Shown here one piece after another: positions 46,916 to 56,184 of a stretch of 64,000 bases of DNA. The stretch comes from Pseudomonadota bacterium (GTDB taxonomy: Bacteria; Desulfobacterota; Desulfobacteria; Desulfobacterales; RPRI01): contig JBDRRF010000103.1 of NCBI GenBank assembly GCA_043825875.1, forward strand, positions 48,150 to 112,149. The letters run 5' to 3'. The notes below the pieces were generated by a model, which had not been told where the DNA came from, made no database searches, and saw only the letters and a list, made by a program, of their open reading frames with translations. A program made the translations under genes and the position numbers. Each line of letters opens with the position of its first letter. Positions within the stretch are counted from its first letter, which is position 1.

Positions 46916-49042
46916 TTAAACATTTTCAAGATCGAATCCAATTGACAACCGGATCTTTTGCCACTCGGAATCCATAAGCAGAAAATATCCGAACAGGCCG
47001 TATCGATAGATTTCAGGATCTTTGGCCGGATCATAGGGCTCCGTTATATTTGTGGCATACATCAATCGGCCAAGAAAAAGCCCATCGGCTATCTGAACCA
47101 GCTCATCTATGCAGTAACAATCCGGAATTATCGTTTTTAACATTGGCCAGCGGTAGTTGAGCTGAAACGTTTCTTTGCCAATGCTTAAAGGATTAAATGA
47201 AATGTTTTTTCTTGCAATAAAGAAGAAATTCTTAACATCATAGCCAAATTCCTGGGCTTCTTCTGTTGTTGCCTTTTCAGTCCATATATCGGCCACATCC
47301 ATCAGTCGTCCTACAAAACGCTCTTTAAGGGTGCGCAAAGCCTGACCGTTTGAACCCCATACAGTATTAACCTTTCCGGTTTCATACCCATCGGTGAATT
47401 CAATAAGTTTTTCTTTGGATACAGGATCAAATCGTTTACCTGTCCATGTGGAAAAAGGAGATGCTACGCTTGTGTAAAGCAGATTAATGATGTTTTTCCC
47501 GAAGAGGTCGAAAATGCCTGCCGAATGCCAGCTTATAAGCGCACCATAGTAGAAGCCATCCATAGTATCGGGGGCAATCCCACGGTTAAACAGTTCTGAA
47601 AGCTGATCAAAATATGGCGATTTATTTAGCAAATTATCCTTAAGCTCCCTGGAGTGTGTTTTCAGATAATGAAGCAAAGTGGGATACTTTCCTGCTTTAA
47701 TAAGTATTTCAGATTTTAATTTATCATTGCATATTGGCAGTGCCGGTTCCTGAAACGTAAAGTCATTAAATTTATTCTGCTTGAAATTAGCCTCTATTCC
47801 GGTTTGTTTCATGCCTGGGGCATCGGGTGGAATATCCAGATATGGAAAAAGACGACGTGCCTCGGCATGCCAATTGCTGTCTAAAAGAAGAAAATATCCG
47901 AAGTTCTGATAGTTGTAATCTTCGGGGGGCCGCTTTGGATCATAATCTTGTAACAGTTTACGTGTTGCATAACAGAGTTGTCCTAAAAACAGACCGGGAG
48001 AAACCTCTACAAGTTCATCAATAAGCCAACCATTAGGAACCGGATTATTTAAAGCCTTATAGCGATAGTTTAACTGAAATACGGGACGTACTGACTTGTC
48101 AGATACGGAAAAAGCCGGGGTACCGATAAAATAGCCTCCGTTTTTTTCCCATCCATATGCCCGTTGTTCACTTTCAGGAGCCGGATGCAGGTTCATCCAT
48201 GAATTTAACATCTGAAAGGCTATGGGATTTATAATGCGGGTGGAAATTTTATTGAAATGATTTATCCCCAAAAGTATAGGTTCATCTGCTTTTGCTTGTT
48301 TTCCAATAATTGACTGCATCCTTGATTCTTCAACACGTTCGAGGCTTTTGCCCACCCAGGGGCTTTCGTTAGACGCTGTGGTGCCCCATATATATCCTAA
48401 AACATTTCCAAAATCAGCAACGCTCTCCGGCATTTCACCACAACGTATCCCAAGCGTGATTCCATAAAAATGCCCCTGCACGATTTCCGGAGTCCGGCCT
48501 GCATCAAATAAAGTTGCAAGGCTAGTATAAACAGGATCATTATTGTCTGCGCTGCGATCAAGAACTCTTTTATATTCGTAAAACAGCTCAAGTATCGAAC
48601 CATGTTTTTCAAGTTTTTTATTGAATTCATTTAGAATGAAATCTTTAACATTACTGTCTGAACGAAAAGTCCATGTTTTTATATCCGGCGTGCCCTTGCA
48701 TAATGGATCTTCAATCTGATGTTCTATATCGGCTTTAGCCAAAAGCCGACTTGGTATGTTTACATCAATTAAAAGATCTTTTGTGACATCATAGATAATA
48801 TGATTACGGGTGCTATTTAAGACATCGCCATTTGCACTCTTAACCTTCAAATAGATATCAGGCTTGTCGATTATTTCATTTTTGGCTTCACATTTTATTG
48901 CAAATGCACCACCGGCATCAGTTTGGGTAGTACCAAGAAGATCGTCAATAAATAAATCGGCATCATATGCTTCTACGGTAAGACCGGCTACGCCTTGTCC
49001 GTTTTCTTTACATTTAGCGGTTCCACTGATAGTAAATCCCAT
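46916..49042 (-). CDS. Uncharacterised 708-aa protein: transthyretin-like N-domain + two tandem copies of a ~240-aa module (GXWXG/DUF4334-like by recollection)
   Basis: Strong RBS AAGGAGG, 3-nt gap to the activase gene and no signal peptide. The N-terminal VAGLTVEAYDADLFIDDLLGTTQTDAGGAF is transthyretin/CarboxypepD_reg-like. Internal repeat: FQLNYRYKALNNPVPNGWLIDELVEVSPGLFLGQLCYAT...FGYFLLLDSNW versus FQLNYRWPMLKTIIPDCYCIDELVQIADGLFLGRLMYAT...FGYFLLMDSEW. Confidence 0.6.
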   Translation of the reverse strand: MGFTISGTAKCKENGQGVAGLTVEAYDADLFIDDLLGTTQTDAGGAFAIKCEAKNEIIDKPDIYLKVKSANGDVLNSTRNHIIYDVTKDLLIDVNIPSRLLAKADIEHQIEDPLCKGTPDIKTWTFRSDSNVKDFILNEFNKKLEKHGSILELFYEYKRVLDRSADNNDPVYTSLATLFDAGRTPEIVQGHFYGITLGIRCGEMPESVADFGNVLGYIWGTTASNESPWVGKSLERVEESRMQSIIGKQAKADEPILLGINHFNKISTRIINPIAFQMLNSWMNLHPAPESEQRAYGWEKNGGYFIGTPAFSVSDKSVRPVFQLNYRYKALNNPVPNGWLIDELVEVSPGLFLGQLCYATRKLLQDYDPKRPPEDYNYQNFGYFLLLDSNWHAEARRLFPYLDIPPDAPGMKQTGIEANFKQNKFNDFTFQEPALPICNDKLKSEILIKAGKYPTLLHYLKTHSRELKDNLLNKSPYFDQLSELFNRGIAPDTMDGFYYGALISWHSAGIFDLFGKNIINLLYTSVASPFSTWTGKRFDPVSKEKLIEFTDGYETGKVNTVWGSNGQALRTLKERFVGRLMDVADIWTEKATTEEAQEFGYDVKNFFFIARKNISFNPLSIGKETFQLNYRWPMLKTIIPDCYCIDELVQIADGLFLGRLMYATNITEPYDPAKDPEIYRYGLFGYFLLMDSEWQKIRLSIGFDLENV

Positions 49043-49045
49043 TAT

Positions 49046-49966
49046 CTACCTCCTTGTGCGATGTTGGTTCACGATAGTACTAAACATTTGTTCAATATCC
49101 CGGTATTCATCTAAAGGCATGGATTGTGCGCAAAGATCATCCGAAGCATCTTTTCCCAGAGCAGCGGCTTTAAAAAGTGTTCCGGGGTGATATGGGCGAA
49201 GGATATAAGATAAATTATCTATAGCACCAATGTATTCGGCTATCGCCTTAATATTTTTTGAATCTGCTGTAAATCCGCCTATAACAGGAATTGAACATAT
49301 AAGTTTGTCGCGTGCCACATCTTTAAGTTTTGAAAAATTTGTAAGAATAATATTATTGTTTTGCCCGGTAAGTCTCTGGTGAATATCCGGAGCAAGTAAT
49401 TTTATGTCAAAATATATCAGATCGATCATGTCAAGCAATGTACTTTCAAAAAGATCCCAGTTAAAAAAACCGCAGGTTTGAATTGCTGTATGAATTTTCT
49501 CTTTTTTCAGTTTTTGTAAAACCTGGCCAAGGTAACGACAGTCCTGTGTAGGTTCACCCCCCGAAAAAGTAACGCCTCCTTTTGAATGTTCAAAGAATCG
49601 TTTATCTTTAAGCAGTATTTGTACAAGTTCTTCCGGTTCATAATATTGCCCTTTGATAGTTAGAGCTTTGCCAGGGCAAACGGATGCACACAATCCGCAA
49701 TTATTGCATGTATCACGGTCAATTTTAACAAAGCCATTTATCATAATAGCATTTTCAGGACATACTGATGAGCAGTCACCGCAAAGTATGCAATTTTGCG
49801 GCTGATGGTACAGTTCGGGTTCAGAGCTTATGCCTTCAGGATTATGACACCAGAGACAGCTTAATGGGCAGCCTTTGAAAAATACTGTACTTCTTATTCC
49901 TGGCCCGTCATCTAAAGCATACCGATGAATGTCGAATATAAGCGGCCGTTGTTTATCAAAGCTCAT
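49046..49966 (-). CDS. Glycyl-radical enzyme activating enzyme (radical SAM, with two auxiliary 4Fe-4S motifs)
   Basis: 306-aa ORF with CPLSCLWCHNPE, the ferredoxin-like motifs CILCGDCSSVCP and CNNCGLCASVCP, and GGEPT. Confidence 0.9.
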   Translation of the reverse strand: MSFDKQRPLIFDIHRYALDDGPGIRSTVFFKGCPLSCLWCHNPEGISSEPELYHQPQNCILCGDCSSVCPENAIMINGFVKIDRDTCNNCGLCASVCPGKALTIKGQYYEPEELVQILLKDKRFFEHSKGGVTFSGGEPTQDCRYLGQVLQKLKKEKIHTAIQTCGFFNWDLFESTLLDMIDLIYFDIKLLAPDIHQRLTGQNNNIILTNFSKLKDVARDKLICSIPVIGGFTADSKNIKAIAEYIGAIDNLSYILRPYHPGTLFKAAALGKDASDDLCAQSMPLDEYRDIEQMFSTIVNQHRTRR

Positions 49967-49970
49967 TGCA

Positions 49971-50432
49971 TTATAAGCTCGGCATATATTTTAACTGCAA
50001 ATTTTTGGACATATATCCAAATTTATGAATATAATTCAGGTTACCGTCTATAGTAATATCTTGTTTCAATATTGAACCAAGAATGTCAGGTTTGGGGCTT
50101 AGCAGAAAATCCATAAGCGCTTTACCATCGCGAAAAGTCACAGTAATATTAGTATCGCCTATTTCTTTTTTGGCAACCTTCATTTTATTATCTTTAAATA
50201 TTGCAGCTACAGTGATTGTTTTATCCTTGCTGCAAAACAGATAACGTGCGTCAAAATTTTTGATGTTTCTTCTAAAATCCTTATCCAGACAAAGCACAAG
50301 ACTCATTAGATTTAAAAGTACATCCAAAAAACCTTCAGCCTTTTCGGATTGTAAGGTTTGCAAAAACTTGTCAGCAGCGGTTTTAGCACGTTGTGCTCTC
50401 ATCAAAACAATATTTAACAATTTATCCCACAT
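49971..50432 (-). CDS. SCP2 (sterol carrier protein 2)-like small protein
   Basis: ORF track starts at 50486, inside the GRE gene. The probable start is ATG at 50432 (MWDKLLN), preceded by GGGAG. The C-terminal pattern TFRDGKALMDFLLSPKPDILGSILKQDITIDGNLNYIHKF resembles the SCP2 fold consensus, from memory. Confidence 0.5.
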   Translation of the reverse strand: MWDKLLNIVLMRAQRAKTAADKFLQTLQSEKAEGFLDVLLNLMSLVLCLDKDFRRNIKNFDARYLFCSKDKTITVAAIFKDNKMKVAKKEIGDTNITVTFRDGKALMDFLLSPKPDILGSILKQDITIDGNLNYIHKFGYMSKNLQLKYMPSL

Positions 50433-50454
50433 AATATCGGTCTCCCTGTAATAG

Positions 50455-52935
50455 TTATTTTGTTCCCAGCATATCGCTGTGAGCATCCGGAAATATTACG
50501 GACTTACCATTTTTAAGATCATATGCAGTACGAGTGATGATCTCTTCTTTCATGGCATCGTTAAGATCTTTGAAATAGGCGGAATATCCCGAAACTCTTA
50601 CCAGTAGTTCGGGATAATCATCCGGGTGCTCTTTAGCATCAAGCAGCATTTCATAATCCATGATATTGCACTGAATATGCAAGCCTCCGCATTCAAAATA
50701 AGTTTCAATTCCTGCACCAAATCTGTCTATATCTTCGGCTCCGTTTATCGCCGGATATTTTAAGTTGAATGCTTCTCCGCCGGGAATACAAAGGGGATCC
50801 AATCCTCCTACCGATTGCAGGCAGGAGGCCAAATCGGTAGCAGCCTGGGAAACCGGAGTAATGCCGCTTGCAAAAACTTTATTCGCTTTACGGCCATTGG
50901 GCAATGCACCGCAAAGCTTGCCCTGGCCGGCATGGTTTGTCATTGTCCAGAAGGCCGGCCTGTATTTGCCGCCACGGTAGTTGGTATGTTTTTGGTAAAA
51001 ATCAAACAACAATTTTACTACCCGCTGGGCATTGGCCTGAGACTCAGGTTCCATACTGCCGTATTTGGGAGTTTGGTTTACAAGATAAGCATGCAACTTA
51101 TCATAACCGTTAAAATCTGCTTTCATAGCAGTAATAAGTTCCGAAAAAGTGCATTTGCGGTCAGTAAAAATAGCCTTTTCAATTGCGCTTATTGAATCAA
51201 CAGTATCTGCAAACCCTATATGGGTAGCACCGGAAGAATTATAAATTGCGCCACCGAAAATTAAATCCTTGCCTTTTTCCAGGGGCCCTTCAAAAAAAGC
51301 CGAAAGCAAAGGCGATGGCAAAATATCCTGATAAACCTTGCCAAACATTTCATTAAGCTCAATAGCTTTTCCGGCAAGCCACTCAAACTGCTTTGAAAAG
51401 GCGTTCCAGAAATCTTCGAAATCGTTAAAGGCCGACAGTTCGCCGGTAGCAGGGCCTATCTGCTCATCACCGGTAACCGGCCTTTTACCATTATATAAGA
51501 CAAGTTCCAAAACGGAAGCAAGGTTTAGCATGATGGAGCTGGAAGCATCATAACTGCGCCCTGCGGAAGCCAGCTCCACACAACCTATAACAGCGTAATC
51601 CCTGGCGTGTTCGGTTTTTATTCCCTGGTTTTCAAGAGTTTTAATATCTGCAATATCGTTATGTACAGCAGGTACAGAGCGGGTATTTGCTATAACTTCT
51701 GCTACCCGGTTGCGGTAGTCCTTGCTGTTTATATTCTGGTGATAGCGGGCGTTTAAACTTGGATCACGGGTTTTAAGCAATTCGGTTACACGCAGCATTA
51801 AATAGGTAAGATCGTTTACTGCATCTTTCCCTTCGGTATCAACACCTCCTACAGTTACGGCCGGAACCGTTCCGGCACCACCGAATAACTCCTCGGCAGT
51901 TTCCGGCACAAGATTTGTGTTGTCATTCAGCTTAAGCCACAAACAGCCTATTAGTTCCAAGGCTTCTTCAATATTTAGTTTACCGGCTTTAATATCACGC
52001 TCAAAATATGGATAGAGTATCTGATCCAGCCGACCCGGGCTCATAGCCATATTTATATTTTCAGCATGAATTGCTACCTGAATTATCCACAAAGAATTAA
52101 TTGCTTCGCGAAAACTCCTGGCTGGCTTTGCAGGAACCTGGGCGCAAACTTCTGCCATCTTCTGATAATTTGCTTTGCGCTCTAAATTACTTTCATTTTT
52201 AGCAAGCTTTGCTGCTTCCGCACTCAAGTTTGCAGCATATGCAATAATACCCTGCAAGGCTATTTGAACCGCCCGGTAGAAAAGCATACTTCGCTGTTCT
52301 TCTTCATTAAGGTTTCCCTTGGCCTTGATTTCCTGCTCCTTTTTGGCCGCCTGCTTTATAATATATTCTATTCCATGTTCAAGCGCTGTCACATAATAAG
52401 GCACAGTGTGGGAAATAGTTCCCGCCTTGCTTGCTATAAAAAACACTATGCGCTCGAAAAGCCTCATGCATTCCGGATTATTATAACGCTTCCGCGTAAC
52501 TTCCAAAGGACTTCTATCCATCCAGTAAGGGTAGATATCAAAGTTAAGTTTTTCTATTTCCTCAGGGGTCAGTGTTTGAGGATTTTTATCACGTTTGCTG
52601 ATCACATCAAGTTCCGACCAGATATGAAGACCTGTCCACTCAGGATAAACCGGTGCACCAAAAGGTTTAGAGCAGGTAGTACCGGCAAGCAGATTGTCGT
52701 CAAAAAAAAGCGGCTTTTTTTCCTTTAAAAAATATGCCACCGCTCCGGCATAACGTGTTAGCATGGGATCATTGTCTGAGGACATGTCTTTTAAAAAACG
52801 GGTAACAAAATCAGCCCGCTCGATGCATACCGCCGGTTTTATCTTAAGCAGGTTACTGCGCAAACTGTTGAGAAGCGGCATATTGTCTAAAGTATGTTCT
52901 TTGAGCCTTATGTCTTGTAATGTTATTTCACTCAT
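50455..52935 (-). CDS. Glycyl-radical enzyme, PFL2/glycerol-dehydratase-like clade, substrate unknown
   Basis: 826-aa ORF with AAGGAG RBS. The catalytic loop VIGCVELASAG has a single Cys followed by Glu. The glycyl radical motif is LLVRVSGYSAYF near the C-terminus. Confidence 0.9.
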   Translation of the reverse strand: MSEITLQDIRLKEHTLDNMPLLNSLRSNLLKIKPAVCIERADFVTRFLKDMSSDNDPMLTRYAGAVAYFLKEKKPLFFDDNLLAGTTCSKPFGAPVYPEWTGLHIWSELDVISKRDKNPQTLTPEEIEKLNFDIYPYWMDRSPLEVTRKRYNNPECMRLFERIVFFIASKAGTISHTVPYYVTALEHGIEYIIKQAAKKEQEIKAKGNLNEEEQRSMLFYRAVQIALQGIIAYAANLSAEAAKLAKNESNLERKANYQKMAEVCAQVPAKPARSFREAINSLWIIQVAIHAENINMAMSPGRLDQILYPYFERDIKAGKLNIEEALELIGCLWLKLNDNTNLVPETAEELFGGAGTVPAVTVGGVDTEGKDAVNDLTYLMLRVTELLKTRDPSLNARYHQNINSKDYRNRVAEVIANTRSVPAVHNDIADIKTLENQGIKTEHARDYAVIGCVELASAGRSYDASSSIMLNLASVLELVLYNGKRPVTGDEQIGPATGELSAFNDFEDFWNAFSKQFEWLAGKAIELNEMFGKVYQDILPSPLLSAFFEGPLEKGKDLIFGGAIYNSSGATHIGFADTVDSISAIEKAIFTDRKCTFSELITAMKADFNGYDKLHAYLVNQTPKYGSMEPESQANAQRVVKLLFDFYQKHTNYRGGKYRPAFWTMTNHAGQGKLCGALPNGRKANKVFASGITPVSQAATDLASCLQSVGGLDPLCIPGGEAFNLKYPAINGAEDIDRFGAGIETYFECGGLHIQCNIMDYEMLLDAKEHPDDYPELLVRVSGYSAYFKDLNDAMKEEIITRTAYDLKNGKSVIFPDAHSDMLGTK

Positions 52936-53245
52936 GGATAGTCTCCTTTATTTATGACATATGTCCTGACTTGAATGGGTACCAATAGCAGAATAAATTT
53001 GTCTTTAAGAATATATCATTAAATTATGGTTTCCTACGGGGTCGAATTTAGAGAGTTTTGAATAAATTACATTTATATTATCGGGGTATGTGATCAGAAC
53101 TTTTTTTTCCGATGGCAAATCTTAGGGGAATCAGCCTTTTATGTCAATATAAAAATAATCGCTTTTGTTGAGTTTTGTTAATAATTACTATAGCAAAGGC
53201 CTTATTCCGATAACATAAACTCTCTTTCACAGAACTTTGTTATAA

Positions 53246-54874
53246 TTATGATTTATCATGACATTTGGAACAAGATGTGGGCCCGGTTTTTTCTCCTGTC
53301 TTTTTCATTTCCCGGTGGCATTTTATACAATAATCCATTGCCTGTTTGGTTTGAAGTTTTCCATTTGACTTCATCTCAAAGATAGCGCCAATTTTTTTTG
53401 GAAACATATCGTGACAAGTCATACAATCTTTCACCGCTTTCTCATGTTTTTCATGGGGAAAGTCAATACTTCCCCTATCACCTCCTGAAAGCTCAAAAAC
53501 TTCTTTGACAGCCTTCCCGTTTTCCGGAAATATTGTTTCAATTTGCTCCATTGTAATTACAGGTAAAACATTCTTCCCTTTTCCCAGAACCATATCTATT
53601 AATTTCTGTGGAGCACTCCTGTAAAGCAATTTTACCGAAACAGATAACTGTTCGAAGTTTTTCTTTTGAAATACAATCTCTTCCCTGGCAGATTCTTTGG
53701 GCGGAATACGTTTATCTTTTAAAATTTCACGGGCTTTTGAGATATTTAAAACCGGATTACCTTTTCCGTCTCCAAAAATTGTGTTATAAATTATTGTGCC
53801 TTCGGTTATATAGCCATCTTTATCAAGCTTTCCGCTTGAATAAACGATATTATTATTTTCATCTTTAATAACAATTTCAAGCCACATCTGCCGCACATCC
53901 GTAAGGCCGGTTGGAAGGTAGTGACCGGCTCCTGAATTTGTTATAATTATACCAAGCTTTCCTTTTTTTAACTCAAGTGTATCCAGAAGTATATCGGCGC
54001 TATTAGTCAACCTTTCTATTGCCATATCCCTTTTTTCCATACTATTAAAATTTGCAGGAACAACCGTATTTGCGCCTGTAAAATAATGTGTGAATATATG
54101 ATCCCTTATTGGTCCATCATCGGCAGCCCTGCCTTTATTAAAAGGTCTTGGTGTGGATGCTGTTGCCGGAATACCTGGACGTTGATACATATGGCAGCCC
54201 TGACAGGTAATTTTTTGTGTTTCATCTTTGTTATTGTATGGTCCGTTTTTCCATTCGTCATATGTAGTCTCAAGTTTGGTAGCAAATGATACATGAGATA
54301 CATTATGGCAGGTGCCACATATTTTTGCATCGGTGTGAAATTCGGAAAAAGCACTTTCATGATAATCGGAATTGGAATCCTTAAATGGTCCGCGTTTTAT
54401 GCCCGGATCATCTTCGCCATGCCCCGGACTAAGAATTAGCCCGTTGTTATAAATTTTATCCGCGCCAGTTGCCGAATGGCAATAATCACACTGGATTCCT
54501 TTTTTTGCTATTTCAGGAACCTTAGCTCTGTTATCTGAAGTTTTTTCAGGATATCCTGTAATATTGCCAACAGGGGTATGACATTTAATACATGATTCGC
54601 TTTCGGCAATTTCACCATTATCATTCAAACCTGAAAGCATATACTTTGAAACCGCAACATATAAAGGATCTTCATGGGAAAGATGATGCATGGAATTTTG
54701 CCACTGGCTATATATTGTGCTATGACAGTCACCACAAACCTCAGGTGAAACAAAGCGATCAATTGTAAGCTTTTCGGCATATGAAAAAACCGCAATGAAA
54801 AAAATTGCGGCTATCATAATTCCAGCTAAAAGTACCTTCTTGTTTAAAGAAAATATAGGTTGTTTTGATTTCAT
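53246..54874 (-). CDS. Octaheme c-type cytochrome, periplasmic/membrane-anchored
   Basis: Eight CxxCH motifs: CGDCH, CIKCH, CDYCH, CGTCH, CQGCH, CMTCH, CIKCH, CSKCH. An N-terminal hydrophobic anchor is present. The start is moved to ATG 54874 (GGAGCAGAG upstream), because the ORF-track start at 54907 lies inside repeat copy C. Confidence 0.85.
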   Translation of the reverse strand: MKSKQPIFSLNKKVLLAGIMIAAIFFIAVFSYAEKLTIDRFVSPEVCGDCHSTIYSQWQNSMHHLSHEDPLYVAVSKYMLSGLNDNGEIAESESCIKCHTPVGNITGYPEKTSDNRAKVPEIAKKGIQCDYCHSATGADKIYNNGLILSPGHGEDDPGIKRGPFKDSNSDYHESAFSEFHTDAKICGTCHNVSHVSFATKLETTYDEWKNGPYNNKDETQKITCQGCHMYQRPGIPATASTPRPFNKGRAADDGPIRDHIFTHYFTGANTVVPANFNSMEKRDMAIERLTNSADILLDTLELKKGKLGIIITNSGAGHYLPTGLTDVRQMWLEIVIKDENNNIVYSSGKLDKDGYITEGTIIYNTIFGDGKGNPVLNISKAREILKDKRIPPKESAREEIVFQKKNFEQLSVSVKLLYRSAPQKLIDMVLGKGKNVLPVITMEQIETIFPENGKAVKEVFELSGGDRGSIDFPHEKHEKAVKDCMTCHDMFPKKIGAIFEMKSNGKLQTKQAMDYCIKCHREMKKTGEKTGPTSCSKCHDKS

Positions 54875-54894
54875 CTCTGCTCCTGTTAACTGTT

Positions 54895-55055
54895 GAGCCA
54901 CTTTCAAAACGTTTCAGTTTGGTCAAGCTCAAGGCGGGAGAAAATTTCAACCACAGGAATACATTTAGTATTTTGAGGATAGCGCCAAAGCTTCATTTCG
55001 TGCGAAAGAGCCCAACACAGAAATCGGCCAAAATGGGGTGTTTTGAAACTGGCTC
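54895..55055 (+). repeat. Hairpin-forming intergenic repeat, copy C (161 nt)
   Basis: Same termini and the same 58-nt left arm as copies A and B, and it carries the internal extra segment like copy B. It starts 20 nt upstream of the cytochrome ATG. Confidence 0.9.
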
Positions 55056-55254
55056 AAGATTTTATTTTATTATACCGATATACTAAAATATGAATATTGA
55101 CACTTGCTATAAAATGATCTCCTTCTTTTCATATAATTTTTTGTAATATCTATAAAAATTTATTTGCATCAATTTTGTAATATAAACCCATTATAGGGAA
55201 ATGTTAACTTGGTTAACACTATAACATAAAAATTAAATACAAGGAGATACGATT

Positions 55255-55548
55255 ATGCAAGAAGAGATTAATAACCTAATTAGCAATAATATTCAACAAA
55301 AGAAAGAACATTCAGTTGATGTTCATTTTACACTCCCACTATTATTTAAGCGTTTGTATTTTGTTTTTTCTGCCGGACCGGATGTTCGGGCAAAGAAAAT
55401 AAATACTTCTGTTTTGGATATGGAAAAACGTTCCAAAACTAAGGCAAAGGATACATTGATTGTAATTATGGGCTTTCTCTTTTTTTCCGCATTTTTTGGT
55501 GCGCTTCTTATTAAAATTATGCATATTATGGCTAACCGGACGATTTAA
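55255..55548 (+). CDS. Hypothetical small membrane protein
   Basis: 97-aa ORF with AAGGAG 8 nt upstream and two hydrophobic segments. No family was recognised. Confidence 0.4.
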   Translation: MQEEINNLISNNIQQKKEHSVDVHFTLPLLFKRLYFVFSAGPDVRAKKINTSVLDMEKRSKTKAKDTLIVIMGFLFFSAFFGALLIKIMHIMANRTI

Positions 55549-56184
55549 TAATAACCAAATATTGGATTATAAAGAACCTTTCTTGCCGTAAAAGTTAAGA
55601 GACTTGCATTGTTGCTTCTAACAATAAGTAGTTTATGAAGCGTTTATATCCTCTTTTTGATGATAACGGTAAGTATCTTTCAACAGGTTTTTGTAAAATT
55701 TCAGATCTTCGATTACGGTGCCAAATTCGCTAACGGGAATCCAAACAGCCCCTAAGCTATTAATCTCCATGGAACCCTATTTTTTGGCTTCTGTATAATA
55801 TTTTTTGTACCCAAGGGGGCATTCTCGATGTTTTTAGTCAATTTTCTACGATTCGCATACGCATTCAAAACCATAATAGGTTGAATCGTAACATTATTTT
55901 GATAACTACAATATGCAAAAAATATGCGTTGAAATTTGCTTGCTGTTGCGATTTAACAGGCTATACGCTCATCCCAAACCAGGGCATTTTCGCCCTTTAT
56001 ATTTTGAAGGCCATTTTTATTGTTTAATAATATTTATTATTGACTCTGGCGCTATAACTCAATATTTACATTGTACAAAAATAAAACGAAGCAGTCAGAA
56101 AATATTCTGTTTTGCCTGAAACATAAAAATCAAGACTTGCATGCAAAAGAGGGTATTTTTTAAATATCTTAAACGGAGGAAACG

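Noticed and set aside
52971-52990. Possible sigma-54 promoter upstream of the GRE gene (minus-strand TGGTAC-N5-CAAGT).
   Set aside because: The -12 element lacks the conserved TTGC, and the -24 element has T instead of C. This is not a convincing match.
54875-54907. Upstream ATG at 54907 extending the cytochrome ORF by 11 codons.
   Set aside because: These codons are the reverse complement of the repeat element terminus. A better RBS (GGAG) precedes the ATG at 54874.
55640-55790. 46-codon minus-strand ORF (MEINSLGAVWIPVSEFGTVIEDLKFYKNLL...) in the gap upstream of sdhC.
   Set aside because: It has no RBS, no recognisable family and is below the size where I can judge coding potential by eye.
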